This document shows, one piece after another, positions 1-11,814 of a DNA stretch of 64,000 nucleotides (position 1 is its first letter; every line of letters begins with the position of its first letter). Under the pieces are notes generated by a model, which saw only the letters and a list, made by a program, of their open reading frames with translations, made no database searches and was not told where the DNA came from. Origin of the DNA: Camelus dromedarius (taxonomy: Eukaryota); the NCBI RefSeq assembly GCF_036321535.1, contig NC_087436.1, forward strand, positions 108,936,001 through 109,000,000, given 5' to 3'. The position numbers and the translations under genes are program-made.

Positions 1-1012
1 ACTTCCAACGGATTCGTCCTGGATTGGGAGCTTCTATATCTCTTTTCTAATATACCCTATTCTCAGGTCAAATCATTATTTCCCAAAGGCTTTCCTTAAT
101 TTTTAATAAAATTTAAGAGTAGGGCCGCTCAATCCTACTACTTAAAGTTTTTTCTTAAAGAGAGGAAGAAAATTGAAGCGTCACCATAAATGCTCTCAAC
201 TAAGTATGAGACAAGGAAGCACCGACAAGGAGGTATCAGGACATTCTTCAGGTGTTCGAGTTCCTTGACACTGAAACATACAGAAAGAAGCAAAGGAACA
301 TACACGCTTAAACTATTTTCTAGTTTTCTTTTATAAAGTTAGACAATCTCCTTCCGCCTTTGGATAGTTCACTGCATCCTTTCCTAAGGAACTGCCAGAT
401 TTTACCTGCCCTCAAAGTCCGCATCTCAGCCACTCTCATAGTCCCCTTTAAAGGCTGACACCATTATCATCTTACCCTCTGTAAGGCTGGTTACCATCTG
501 GTGTTGCCACCCAAGTGTGTTCACTTTTTGGATAATCCACTGACCTAGAAACTCACAATTATGCACTTCTATGTTTGTTAAATGTGATTAAACTGCTGTG
601 AGAAGGCAAAAGAAAGTGAGTACTGTGGTTAGGAATTCTGCTGGAGCTACTTTATACATCACAGAGAAATGGTCAGAGATCTTTATGCAACTATGAAAGC
701 ATGTAATTCATCCTATGGCAATTGAATACAAGTTTATTCATTGATATTAGGAAGAATAATAACCATAGTGAATAAAAAAAAGAAAATGAATACATAATTG
801 ACTTTAGACTCCACAAGAGTCATCTATGAATATGCTAGGATGTACCCAAACTGGTAATTTCTACTTTACCCCTCACTTCCACACTCACAACACTATCTCC
901 ATTCTTCACCATGGTCATCATATGCCTTCCTTCACCACTAGCTTAAAACTGACAAACAAAAGGAACTTGGGAGAACACGCAGAATGGCTCAATAGAGTGT
1001 AAGTACCTATTA

Positions 1013-1420
<408 letters not shown>

Positions 1421-2563
1421 TCACCATTTTTGGGGAGGAGGATTCACTGACAATATAAAGACCAAACAGGACAGAGTAGGAAATACAGTAAAAGAACCAC
1501 TACAAAGGTACGGTATGGAGCAAAATATCTGAAAAGCCAATAAGAAAATATGAAATTGCATCAACTCCAATAATAATAAAAATATCAGAAATTAAAAACC
1601 ATCTGTAAGAAAGTGAGATGTATAAAAATATGCACTTTCCCATCCAAATTGTCAAAATACACATTTAGAAACTCACTGTAATCCTCTGGCTCTATTCAGA
1701 AAATACAGACTGATTTCTGGAAAAAGTGGTTGGCACATCCCCTACTGTCTCTGTCTTCTGTGGCCTCCATATTCCTAAAGCTCTAAATGCTAACATCAAG
1801 CCCTACTTTTCCAGTGACATAATGAACTCTCCACTAAATGCACCGTAAGTTTCTTAAACTGAACATAACCAAAACTGAGGTTACCACACTGAGGTTATGA
1901 ACCCCTTGTCACTCCAAGGTACCACCAGTTTTCTGGTCCCTTAGGCTGAAAAATTTGGGAACACTGATGTCTCCTTTTCCTCCACTTTCTATACTCAATG
2001 CTACAGATGTGATCAGTGTGTGATGAGGCAGAAGGAGCTTCAGGCTCAGATCTGGGTCTACATCTCATCTCTATCAATTACAGCTTTATGAGTTTAGGCA
2101 GATTATTTAAATCTCCCTAAGCCTCGATTCCTTGACCTATTAAAAAGGGGGAGATAACACAAGCCTATCAAAGCTGTTACTGAAGAGTAAATAAGATAAT
2201 ATATTAAGTTGCTCACCCAGTAAATGGTGGTTCACTTCTTCCTCTTTCACAATTTCCTCTTTTCTGCTAACGGGAGGGCTCTGGTTCATGGTGATTTCCA
2301 GCCTAATCAAATTATTTCAAGGAATCTTCCACCACACATACCCCAACTCACACACTCAAATGCCTGCTGGCATTTCTAGGTCTAGCTCCCATCCCAAGTT
2401 CCACGCAGCCTTTTCTGATCTTGTTTCTAAAGTGTACACTCTGATTTCTGTACTGCTTCCTTCTTTTTCTACTTGATTACTCCGTTCCCCCACTTATCTG
2501 ACACTCCAATTATTCTTCCACTAGAGCACTTCCCACTTTAAGTCTTTAATATAGTCATTCTAT

Positions 2564-2582
2564 ACACACACACACACACACA
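2564..2582. repeat. (AC)n microsatellite
   Basis: acacacacacacacacaca run. Confidence 0.9.
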
Positions 2583-3439
2583 AACTACCCATTAACTACA
2601 CTGCAAGATCTTCTCTTAAGGAAACACAGGTAAAGTCCAAGTCCTCTTCCACTTCCAAATGACAGCTTTTCAAATATTTGAGGACATGACTCTCAACTGC
2701 TCGGCTTTCTCTTCTTCAGGATAAACACTGATGCTTTCTTAAATGATTCCTCACATGAGATGATTTTAATTTACTTGACAAATTAGAAATCTTCACAAGG
2801 AGGACAAAGTTCCATGCAGTAACACTCAGCCCCAAAATATTTCAAATAGGCTGTGACCAGATCAAAGTACCTTGTAAAGATACACTAAATGTAAGATTAT
2901 TTCTGTACACAGAATAATTTTAAATTTCAATTTTCTTGATTTAATACGTTGACCTAATTTCCTCATCTTCCTTCCAGCAGAGGAATTAACTCCTCAGTAT
3001 CACACATCACATTCATCCCAAAGGCATTGTCTAGAAATATGGTAATTAATAGCTCACTAAATTTGTCAGATAATATTCTCAGAGAAGCTAAGGCAGGCTT
3101 TAATTATGTCGACCTAATATTGCATTTCAGTGATTATTCAACAAGTACTTACTATTGTACTTAGTTTCTGTTTTGAGAAGCTCCTGATGGGGAACAGTAT
3201 GATCTAAGTTTCTGTTTAAAAAAACAAAAAAACAAAAAACCTATGTCAAGGAAATTTGAGTTTCCTCAAGTCTGGGGATAGAGTAACAATCTACTCTAAA
3301 AGCTGATGAAAACTAGTAAGTTAATATATGTAAAACATTTAGAGAAGCGCTTGGCACACAGTTTTAGCTATTAGCATATTCTTTATAATCGTACAAAGTG
3401 GTTTTTTTTAGTATTACTATTACTAACAATAGTGTAACT

Positions 3440-3790
3440 AATGTAACTTAATGTTTCCTACTTTTCGAAAATTTTAACAGTTGTGCTGTCAATTTGAAGA
3501 TCTGATTTAAGTTCAGCTTCTTGTGGTTGTCAATTGTCATAGCTGTCAAGATGCATCACAAAGATGCCTACACACAAACATAGAAAGAGGACAGTTCACC
3601 ACACCAAACCTTGATGCACATTTTTCAACACTACCTACCAATTCTGCAGAAGTTGTTGTTGGAACAACTCAGTTTCTATCTTCCTTTATGTCAAATAGCT
3701 GTTCTTGTAAGGTACTAATGGGAAAGTGCTGCGTTATATTTTTGAATAAGTTCAAGAAGCCACTGAAACTCTTCCTTTGAAAAACCTGTT
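3440..3790 (-). mobile_element. Degenerate hAT-Charlie transposase C-terminal remnant in PACRGL intron 1
   Basis: Broken minus-strand frames read F.KEEFQWLL, LQEQLFDIKEDRN, QQQLLQNW*VVLKNVHQGLV, HLCDAS..AMT, KLNL..SDLQI. These resemble the Charlie dimerisation region (LQEQLIDIKED...YLCE.SFSAM..IKTKYRNKLNLEPDLRI). Confidence 0.6.
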
Positions 3791-5259
3791 AGAAAATTGA
3801 GCTTCCAAAGGAAGTCTACAGGATAGTTTTTATGTGTAATATAATTATGTAATTTTCAGCAACAGTATCAAAACATACACACACAAGGATGCAAACAATT
3901 CTATGTCCATTTTCAAAACACCCTATGTTAAAGAGATTCTTTCCAAATCAGTTAGTTTTTTATTGTTAAAAGTACCACCCTTTACCTTAAAGACAACTTA
4001 AGTGTGCTCAACTTTGAAAAATAACATACATCTGGGAACATGCCACTGACAGCAAACCTGGAGCATGAGTTGTTTGTAAAGGAAAAAAGCTTAATTCATT
4101 TTACACTCAACTCTTTTGAGTGCTTTTTCATTAAATAACACGTGGAGGGTGGTGTAAAGGGATAATGGTGGAAGGAAGTGAAAAAGTAAGAATTATTCTG
4201 TATTATACATACTATGAAGGTCACCCCTCATTCTTTTATAAAACAATATGGATTCTAAAAAGACACGAGAAGCCGTAAAACTACTTAACCCCAACACCTA
4301 AACTATGTCACAACACCAGAGAGCAAACCAACCAAGCAGGGCCCCATTGCTGCGGGTCATCTACAAGGGGTTATAGGCATCTGCGTCAATGCTAGGAAAG
4401 CACACTTCTCTTTCATTGCTTTGGACAGCTCATATAACCTCTTTTTCCCACTTGCATTTTCTTCCCGCATCTGGCTTTGAGACCACTGCACTGAACTACT
4501 TGCTAAACTACTTGCTAAATGCTCAGAGGCAGGGTCCACATTTTTTTTCCCTACTCTCTAATCTGGTGTTTGGAAAGTTCCAAAAAGTGTAATAGGACCC
4601 CCTCTAAAGAAGCTGTGTTCCATCTCTAAAGCTCCTTCGAATTCCAAAGAACGGAGAAACAGCCCAATATCCACCTACCCAATCCCTTTTCACCAAAAAG
4701 TAATTCCAAAGAGCCAGTATTAAGGGTCTTCTATCTGCCTTCCATTTTCCTAGCCCTCCCCCTCCAACACCATACATTTCCAAATACCTAAGACCATTCA
4801 GGGCCAAGTTGTCGTCAAAGTTAGAAAATGAGGAGGTAGTGGAGGGAGGAAAAAATGGAGATGGTTGGGGAGAGTGGGGTAAAGGCGGCCAGTTTCAATT
4901 AAGGCCGACAAAAGCAACTCTTGGCCAAAGCCCGACCAGGAAGGAAGCGCTCTTGAAGTTCAGCATCTCCAGGCTCCTTAGCAACGGGGTCCGCCGGCCC
5001 TAGCAACAGGCCAGCAAGGAAGCCGCCTGCGCCGAGAGTGCGGGGGGCACCGCGGCTCCCCGCACCTGCGCGCGGCTCACGGCTCCAGACACCCGTTCCT
5101 ACCGCTTCTCTCCCGCCGGGATCTGCGCACCAGCTGCCACCCCACGTGGGGATTTTGCCCGGTACGCTCTCGGCCAACAGCCACCAGTCACGCTACCGGC
5201 CTCCGGGGAACTCGGAACGTGAGACTTCACAGGGTCCCCGGATCTGGCGGCGCCGCCAG

Positions 5260-5267
5260 TGACGTCA
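5260..5267. promoter_or_regulatory. Full CRE (CREB/ATF) site TGACGTCA
   Basis: Perfect palindromic CRE inside the CpG island. Confidence 0.7.
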
Positions 5268-5287
5268 GACGCACGCTGCGTCCTCTA

Positions 5288-5297
5288 AGCCAATAGC
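5288..5297 (+). promoter_or_regulatory. CCAAT box (NF-Y)
   Basis: agCCAATagc, ~25 bp from the CRE. Confidence 0.6.
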
Positions 5298-5329
5298 AGG
5301 GAATTCTCAGGCGCGCCCCGCGGAGAAGC

Positions 5330-5343
5330 GTTGCCCTGGCAAC
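5330..5343. promoter_or_regulatory. RFX X-box GTTGCCCTGGCAAC
   Basis: 13/14 match to the palindromic X-box GTTGCCATGGCAAC, in the promoter of a PACRG paralogue. Confidence 0.75.
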
Positions 5344-6449
5344 GAGGCGCCAGGTGTTAAAAGGGCAGCCGGAGAGCTTTAGAAGTGCTTTCTCCGGTGA
5401 CAAAGGGGCAGTTGGTGGAGGGTCTTTTCAGAAAGAGAGGGCTGAGGAGCAGAGAGCACAGGCTCGGAGTACCTGCGCCGCAGCCTCTTCCCAGTCCGCG
5501 TGCTTAACTCTTAACAGTTCCCTTGCACACTTACCATAACTCAGTGGTCTCCGAGTATCTTGCCCTAAATCCTCTGAGGGCTGAGGACCACGAACTCCCT
5601 CCCCAAAGTCTTCTGCAGAGAGGACCAGCGCCGCCTGCCTGCCTAGCTGTGGAATTTCGTTTCCTGTTTTACTAGCTCATAGGCTGTTGCAGTCAACTAC
5701 ATAATACATCCGTATTTTAATTTAAAAACGTGTGTTTTTCTACGCCGGATTGTTTCAATAATAAAACATGCTGCGGGGAAATGCCTGTCTCCTCGCGATG
5801 CCACCAAAGCAGTTTGGGTTGTCATAGTGAAAAACCCAAGCCCTTTCAGACCTGTCCACTGCATTCCTTTCTAGCGCCCTCTCCTGTAAGCCATGGTTTT
5901 CACTTTTTGCTCAGGTAATGGCTAACTACATACAGTTGTCAGTCTGAACACAGCCGACCGTGTAATCCATCCCTGGCCTCGTGGCTCCTGTCTTCCTACC
6001 TGAATTGCTGCTCCAAATGCATATTCACTAAGCTGTGAATTTCTTCAGGACAAGGAATATACCTTTTTTCCTTTCTGTTTCTCTAGCTGCCAGCACAATA
6101 CACTGGATATTCAGGAAATTCTCTTTAAATATGTATATCTAATTTCTCTAATGTTCTGTGAACCAGGCGTACAAGTCTATTTTAACTTTTAAAATTCTTC
6201 TCCACTAGACTGAAATTAAGTAATGTTTAAAAAGAGAGAGAGAGAGAAAATCCTATTTCTTCCCTATTTTCACCGTATAATCTCTCTTCTCCAGATTCTT
6301 CAAGACTTACTATATCACCTTGCCCCCTTTCTCACTCCTGGCATCTCCAGTGGCAGACTTAACAGGACCTAACTCGAACTTTTATCCCCTCTGCCTGGAG
6401 GGTAAGAATCATCTGTGTTCAGTATTGCAGAGATGTGAAGTGCACATGT

Positions 6450-6560
6450 TCTGAAGTTAGGCTGTGTAGTTTGGAAACCCAGCTCCTTCGTTTATCAGCT
6501 GTGAGGTCTTGTGCAAGTCATTTTAACCCTTTTCAGCCTTGATTTCCTCATCATAATAAG
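6450..6560 (+). mobile_element. MIR SINE fragment
   Basis: cccagctcc...agctgtgaggtcttgtgcaagtcattttaaccc..cagccttgatttcctcatc is a MIR core. Confidence 0.6.
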
Positions 6561-6562
6561 GT

Positions 6563-7279
6563 TGTTACCAAACTCAGTTCTGGCTGCTCGCCTTTCAAAA
6601 ATCAATACTGGAGTGGGGTGGGGAGCGGCAAACGTTGGTAGAAAGTAAAGTTGCTTTTAATCAGAATGCTGGCAATCTGGGGAGATGAAGGACTCGGTGT
6701 CCCCCCAAAACCATCTCTGAAGATTCTGCTCGGCTATGAAAGTTTTTTAAGGGAAAGAGGGAAATAATCTCAGTTAATCTTTGAGATAGAGAGTCAGAGT
6801 CATCGCCATCCCCCACTGCATGCAGTGACAAGGTTAGTGACAAGACAAAAGGGGCCACCTGTGGAGAGCTCTCTCTTTACAAAGGCAGAGAGCGCTTTTC
6901 TGCCAAAAGCCGCATACAGGGATCTTGTAAGACTTAAGAGCACCAGTAAAGTTCCTGTTCCTGGTGTAATGGAGCCAATCAGTCCTTGCTGGAGTTTTTC
7001 AGTCCCTGTATGGGCTTTTCCAGTTGCTGTCATGGCAATCGTCAGCTGTCGTGGAACTGGTGGCTGTGTCATTTAGCAGCTAATATATTACAATGAGGAT
7101 AAAATGAGACCCAAGATCCAGGGCTGAAGTCAGATCCTTCACTATCTTTGACTCCATCAGGTTCTAACCAGTTCTTGTTTCTTCTCTGCAGCTACCTTCT
7201 GAGACTTAGACAAGAGTAATAGGTTTCTAGTAGAGGGAGGGACAAGGATATGATCCTGGGGGCAAAAGCCTTGGTAACA
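6563..7279 (-). mobile_element. ERV1-class LTR
   Basis: Bounded by inverted termini TGTTACCA...TGGTAACA, with typical ERV1-LTR internal motifs. Confidence 0.65.
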
Positions 7280-7600
7280 AGAAGGAAAGTTGCTTTTAAC
7301 CAGAATGGCTGCAATCTGGTGGACCCAGCATGTCACCTCCAAAAAATCTCCAAAGTTTCTGTTCAGTCCTGAAAGTTCTAAAGGGCAATGGGGGAGTAAT
7401 CTCAGTTAATTGTGGAGATAGGTGGTCAGAGTCGTGGCCATCACCCAATTCCTGCAGGCTTGCCCTAATCAGCTGCTTGAGCCTGCTCTTCTATGACTCA
7501 GGGAGGCCTGGGAGACTTCAGCTTTCCTATAAAAGAGAGGCAGGAGTTGGGGGTGCGGAGGTGGGGTGGGGTGGACAGGGTCCTGCTCCCTTTTACAGGG
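7280..7600 (-). mobile_element. Second, truncated related ERV1 LTR copy
   Basis: aaagttgcttttaaccagaatg..gcaatctgg...taatctcagttaat..gagatag..gtcagagtc repeats the 6645-6825 segment with divergence. Confidence 0.6.
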
Positions 7601-7779
7601 ACAGCATGCAGTGTGTGAGAAATGGAGAGCTGATTGTGAGTGAATTTTTGTTTCCTAATCCTGTTCTGGTTTCAAGGTTTAATTTTAAAAGTTTCTTTAT
7701 TTGGAAAGAGAGGGAGGAGGGGAGCAAGGATGACCAATGTTTCTAGCAATATGACAAATGATCTAAAAAGACAGACGAT

Positions 7780-8175
7780 GCTGTGTATCTCCCATAGGTC
7801 CCTACAGATGTCCTCTCCACCTATCTCCACTATATACTCTGGGAAGCTGATCAGTGTGGACTGGCATCATCCCCATGCCCTCTGGGTTACATTTGGGTTT
7901 GGCCAGTGGAGAACCCCAGCAGGAAACTGGAGGACAGGGAGTGAAATCAGAGCATTCATTCTCCTGCTTCCACCCCTAGGAGGATCTCTACAACCATCTG
8001 GATCCCTAAATGAAGGCTACAGTTCCTTTCTACATGGCCAGCTCAGGACTAAAGGTGAAAAAATCTCAGGTGCTACTGGTGCTTGATGAATGCACTGTCC
8101 CTTTACATCCCCAATACTTTAATAAATTGTCCTTTTGTAAAGAATGCCTTGCCAAATTATCCTATTTTAATGCAT
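7780..8175 (+). mobile_element. Old ERVL-type LTR (LTR33/LTR16-like)
   Basis: ctctgggttacatttgggtttggccagtggag..cagcaggaaactggagg motif. Confidence 0.45.
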
Positions 8176-8606
8176 TAGGTAAGATTATGACTTAGCTAAT
8201 AAATCTCATCAAAGATAAAAAGTCAGAATCTTTTTTTCCTCATTGTTTGGATTCCTCTGTCACCTGAGAAAGTTTCTTAATTATATGTATTTAGTCACCA
8301 AGCATTTTAAAGAAAATATCACAGGCATGATTGGCTTGCCCTTAATTACTTAAAAGAAAATCTGTTCCTTTTTGTACAAATTACTGACCAGCTGAGCATT
8401 CCCAACCATCAGGAAGTGAGATGTAAGACATTTTCTATGTAATTTCCAGTACACCCTGTCAGGAAATGTTCGACTTCATCATTATCTAATCATTGAGTGT
8501 CCATATTTAAAAAATTAACTTTTAATTAAAAAATTTTTTTCCACATGGAAAATATTAAGCAGTGATATATCTTCAGGTGAAAGAAAAGGAGATTGACATG
8601 AGTGAG

Positions 8607-8943
8607 CAATGTCATCCAATAAAAATATAATGTGAGTCACATAGGAAATTGTAAATTTCCTAGCAGGCACATTTAAAAAAAAAAATAAAAATAAGCAAGT
8701 GAAATTAAATTTAATAATGTCTTTTTATTTATATAAAAATTAAAATGTCCAAGTATGTCAGAAATATTATCAATGGGCAATGATTATAACAAATATCAGT
8801 GTGATCATTTACATTCTTGTTATGCTAAATGCTTCAAATTCTGGTGCAATTTTAACATTTATAGCACCGCTCTATGCAGACCAGCCACGTTTCAAGTCCT
8901 CGATGGCCACATATGGCTCGGGGCAACCATCCCGGAGAGTGTG
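8607..8943. mobile_element. MER33-like hAT-Charlie DNA transposon
   Basis: tccaataaaaatataatgtgagtcacata...ccacgtttcaagtcctcgatggccacatatggct. Confidence 0.65.
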
Positions 8944-9954
8944 AAGGGATGAATGAGAGTGTGAATGTCAGGGCTGTGACATTGCCCTGAGACCTGTATG
9001 GTGGGACAGGCAGATAATGATTGGGAATGATCAGTTGGTCTGTAATTTGTACAAAAAGTAATAGATTTTCTTAAAGTAATTAATCCCAGCCAACAATAAT
9101 ACTTCTGATATTTTCTTAAAAATACTTGGTGATTAAATACATGTAATTAAGAAATGTTCACAAGCAAAATAGGAATCCAAAGACACTGTGTCTTTGCACT
9201 CACATTTGGACCTTGACTCTGAATTATGGCTTATTCTTCCAAATCTCCCAAGTAATGACTAATCCTTGAACTTGGTTTTTGAAACTTCAAAGCCAAAAAT
9301 TTGACTCTGGTCAGTTTCCTTTTATGAGACATCCCCTCTCCCCCACTGAGGGCATAAGCATAAAATACTCCAGCTGCAGTCTGCATGGAGGAGGTGGCAT
9401 GGAGCAGCAGAAAATATTATTTTTACAGAATCATTTTTATTATATTAGTTTATAACCTATTTTAGGATCTTTTATGGGGTATTTTTTACTCTGTGGTGTC
9501 AGTCAGAATAACATACCATTTAAAGAATTTTTCATCCCACTCAGTCCAAATATAGACTGTTAAGTTGAGGGTTAGAGGTAGAACAAAATAGGTTTCTCAT
9601 GGCTATTAACCACAATTAAATCAACTCATTAAGTCCTAGGTAATTGATTCTTGTTCTGCTGATCTTGAGTGAATGAGTCCTCTTTCACAGAGTCATTTGC
9701 AACAGGGCTGAAAGAAATGGAAAGACGCGACTTTGTCTCCCTGTGCCCTCTGACAGGTGTCTGCGGCTACGACATGGGGTTACAATGAAACACTTGTTCA
9801 CATGAGTCCATTCCCTACGATGTCAATAGTTAAGACTACCTGGTACCGTCTCCTGCTGAGGCAACTGGTTTGTTTGTTTATTTATTTGCTTTTTCTTGAA
9901 AATTTTCCCAGGTGACTTAATTTCTGACCCATGGCTTGTGGAGTCACCTTTATG

Positions 9955-10138
9955 TCCTTGCTACTCATGGTGTGAGTCTCAGATCACCATTGTTATCGAC
10001 ATCCTCCTCCTCATCATCTAGGAGCTTGTTAGAAAAACAGACTCTTAGGCTTCACCTCAGGTCTGCTGTCAGACGCTGCCTTTTACCAAGATTCCCCAGA
10101 TGAGGAAATGTACTCTGCAGCTTAAGAAGTGCTGATTT
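9955..10138. mobile_element. MER5A-like hAT element
   Basis: catcatctaggagcttgttagaaaaacagactcttaggc...ttttaccaagattccccag. Confidence 0.6.
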
Positions 10139-10193
10139 GGGCATACTTGAGGGAGAAGCAGACACTACCTCTAGATGATAAAAAGTGTTTCCT

Positions 10194-10322
10194 CCTTTAA
10201 TGGAAAAGAATATGAAAATGAATATATGTGTGTATATGCACGACTGGGACATTATGTGTACACCAGAAACTGACACATTGTAACTGACTATAGTTCAATA
10301 AAAAATAAATAGATAAAAAATA
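10194..10322 (+). mobile_element. Very short 5'-truncated L1 3' end with TSD
   Basis: L1 3' terminus (acaccagaaactgacacattgtaactgactatagttcaataaaa) plus A tail. Flanked by aaaagtgtttcct (10181-10193) and aagagtgtttcct (10323-10335). Confidence 0.75.
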
Positions 10323-10472
10323 AAGAGTGTTTCCTGTTCAAGTATTCCAGATCCCACAATATTAGAGTGAAGGAGAATGGAATTCTCCACTGTGGTATAT
10401 AATGCATAACAGTTTTATAGGATTTAGTCAAAGATTACACTGAGGGTAAGAACGTATTATGAACATGAAGGC

Positions 10473-10905
10473 TGTCATGGATTGATCTTTATCCCCCCCA
10501 GATTTATATGTTGAAATACTAACCCCCAGGGCCTCAGAATGTGACATTATTTAGAAATAGGTTTGTTGAAGATGTAATTGTTTAAGATGAGGTCATACTG
10601 GAGTAAGGTCAGCTCCTAATCCAATATGTCTGGAGTCCTTACATGAAGGGGGAAATGTAGACACAGACACACAGGGAAGACATGTGAAGATAAAGGCAGA
10701 GATGAGAATGATTCAGCAGAAGCCAAGGAACACCAAAGATTTCCAGCAAACCACTAGAAGCTAGGAGAAATGCATGGAACGGATTCTCCCTCACAGCCCT
10801 CAGAAAGAACCAAGACGCCTCACACCTTGACTTCAGACCTCCCTCCTCCAGAGGCATGAGACAATACTGCTTTGAGCCACCAGGTTTGTTATGACAGTAA
10901 TACAA
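10473..10905 (+). mobile_element. MLT1 (MaLR) LTR
   Basis: tgtcatggattga...tatgttgaaatactaacccccag..tcagaatgtgac...ccctcacagccctcagaa. Confidence 0.75.
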
Positions 10906-11814
10906 GAGCATGGAAATGTCCTCAGAGTCCTCTAATCTATCCTATAATGTGTGTTATGATTGTCTTCTGCTGAAAAGTTATATCAAACCTAGAAACAAAA
11001 TATTTCTTTTGGAAAAAAATGAATCAATTTGTTGACGAGTATGCCAGTCTTTGAACATATGAATTTAAGTTGGCTTCTATGCAATCCAAGAGTAATACAG
11101 TTGCTGAAACTTATTTATATTGACAACATTTTGGAATTACATATGCATAATTAACCCAGGAGGAGTTGAGACTCTCTTTTTGTTTGAATTCTCTTTATAT
11201 GGTGGTATTGACCCAATTAAATCTAGAAATGCTAATTATTTCCTAGTATCTTCCTTACTAACATGAGAGAGCAAATATTTGGTATTTCCCAGAGCTGTCA
11301 AGAAAACCCCCAAAATAGTTTAGGTATAAAAGACATACTAACACTTATATTCTGACTCTGGGACCTGAATTTGGCAAAGGAAATATTAAAAAAGAATTGT
11401 CAACAGAGACAAGATGTGAATAGAATGTAAATATACATAATGATTGTAGGTTTGGATCAGAGTTATAACACTTAAAATCACAGCAGCAAATAACAATTAA
11501 GAACTCTAAACTTTTCAAAAGTAAGCTTTTTATTGAAATAGATTTCAGATCATGAAACAAATACACAAAAGACAACAAGATCTTGAGTAAAAATATTATG
11601 TGATATAAAAATCTTATGATCCAGACAAAACACACAGAAGGCACAGAATAATTTGTGCTGTTTCTTCCTAAAAGCAGACTGTATGTTCAAAGTACACATT
11701 TAATTACCCAATACATGATTGTTGGATTAACTAATTAATAGTTTCACTGGGAAAGAAAATAAACACATTACTCACTTAACTGTGGGGTTATTTCTTGACT
11801 CTGAGCATCTAGAA

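Larger units (their letters stand above)
4975..5360 (-). promoter_or_regulatory. PACRGL: CpG island / promoter and non-coding first exon of PACRGL
   Basis: Local GC- and CpG-rich block ~3.6 kb upstream of the first coding exon. Minus-strand donor candidates at 5103/5102 (GCG|gtagga), 5081/5080 (GCC|gtgagc) and 5066/5065 (CAG|gtgcgg). Confidence 0.8.

Noticed and set aside
4494..4517. 12-bp tandem duplication aactacttgcta x2
   Set aside because: Ordinary slippage duplication with no sign of function.
4899..5262. 92-aa and 74-aa GC-rich ORFs in the CpG island
   Set aside because: Stop-poor GC-rich sequence with no recognisable protein similarity.
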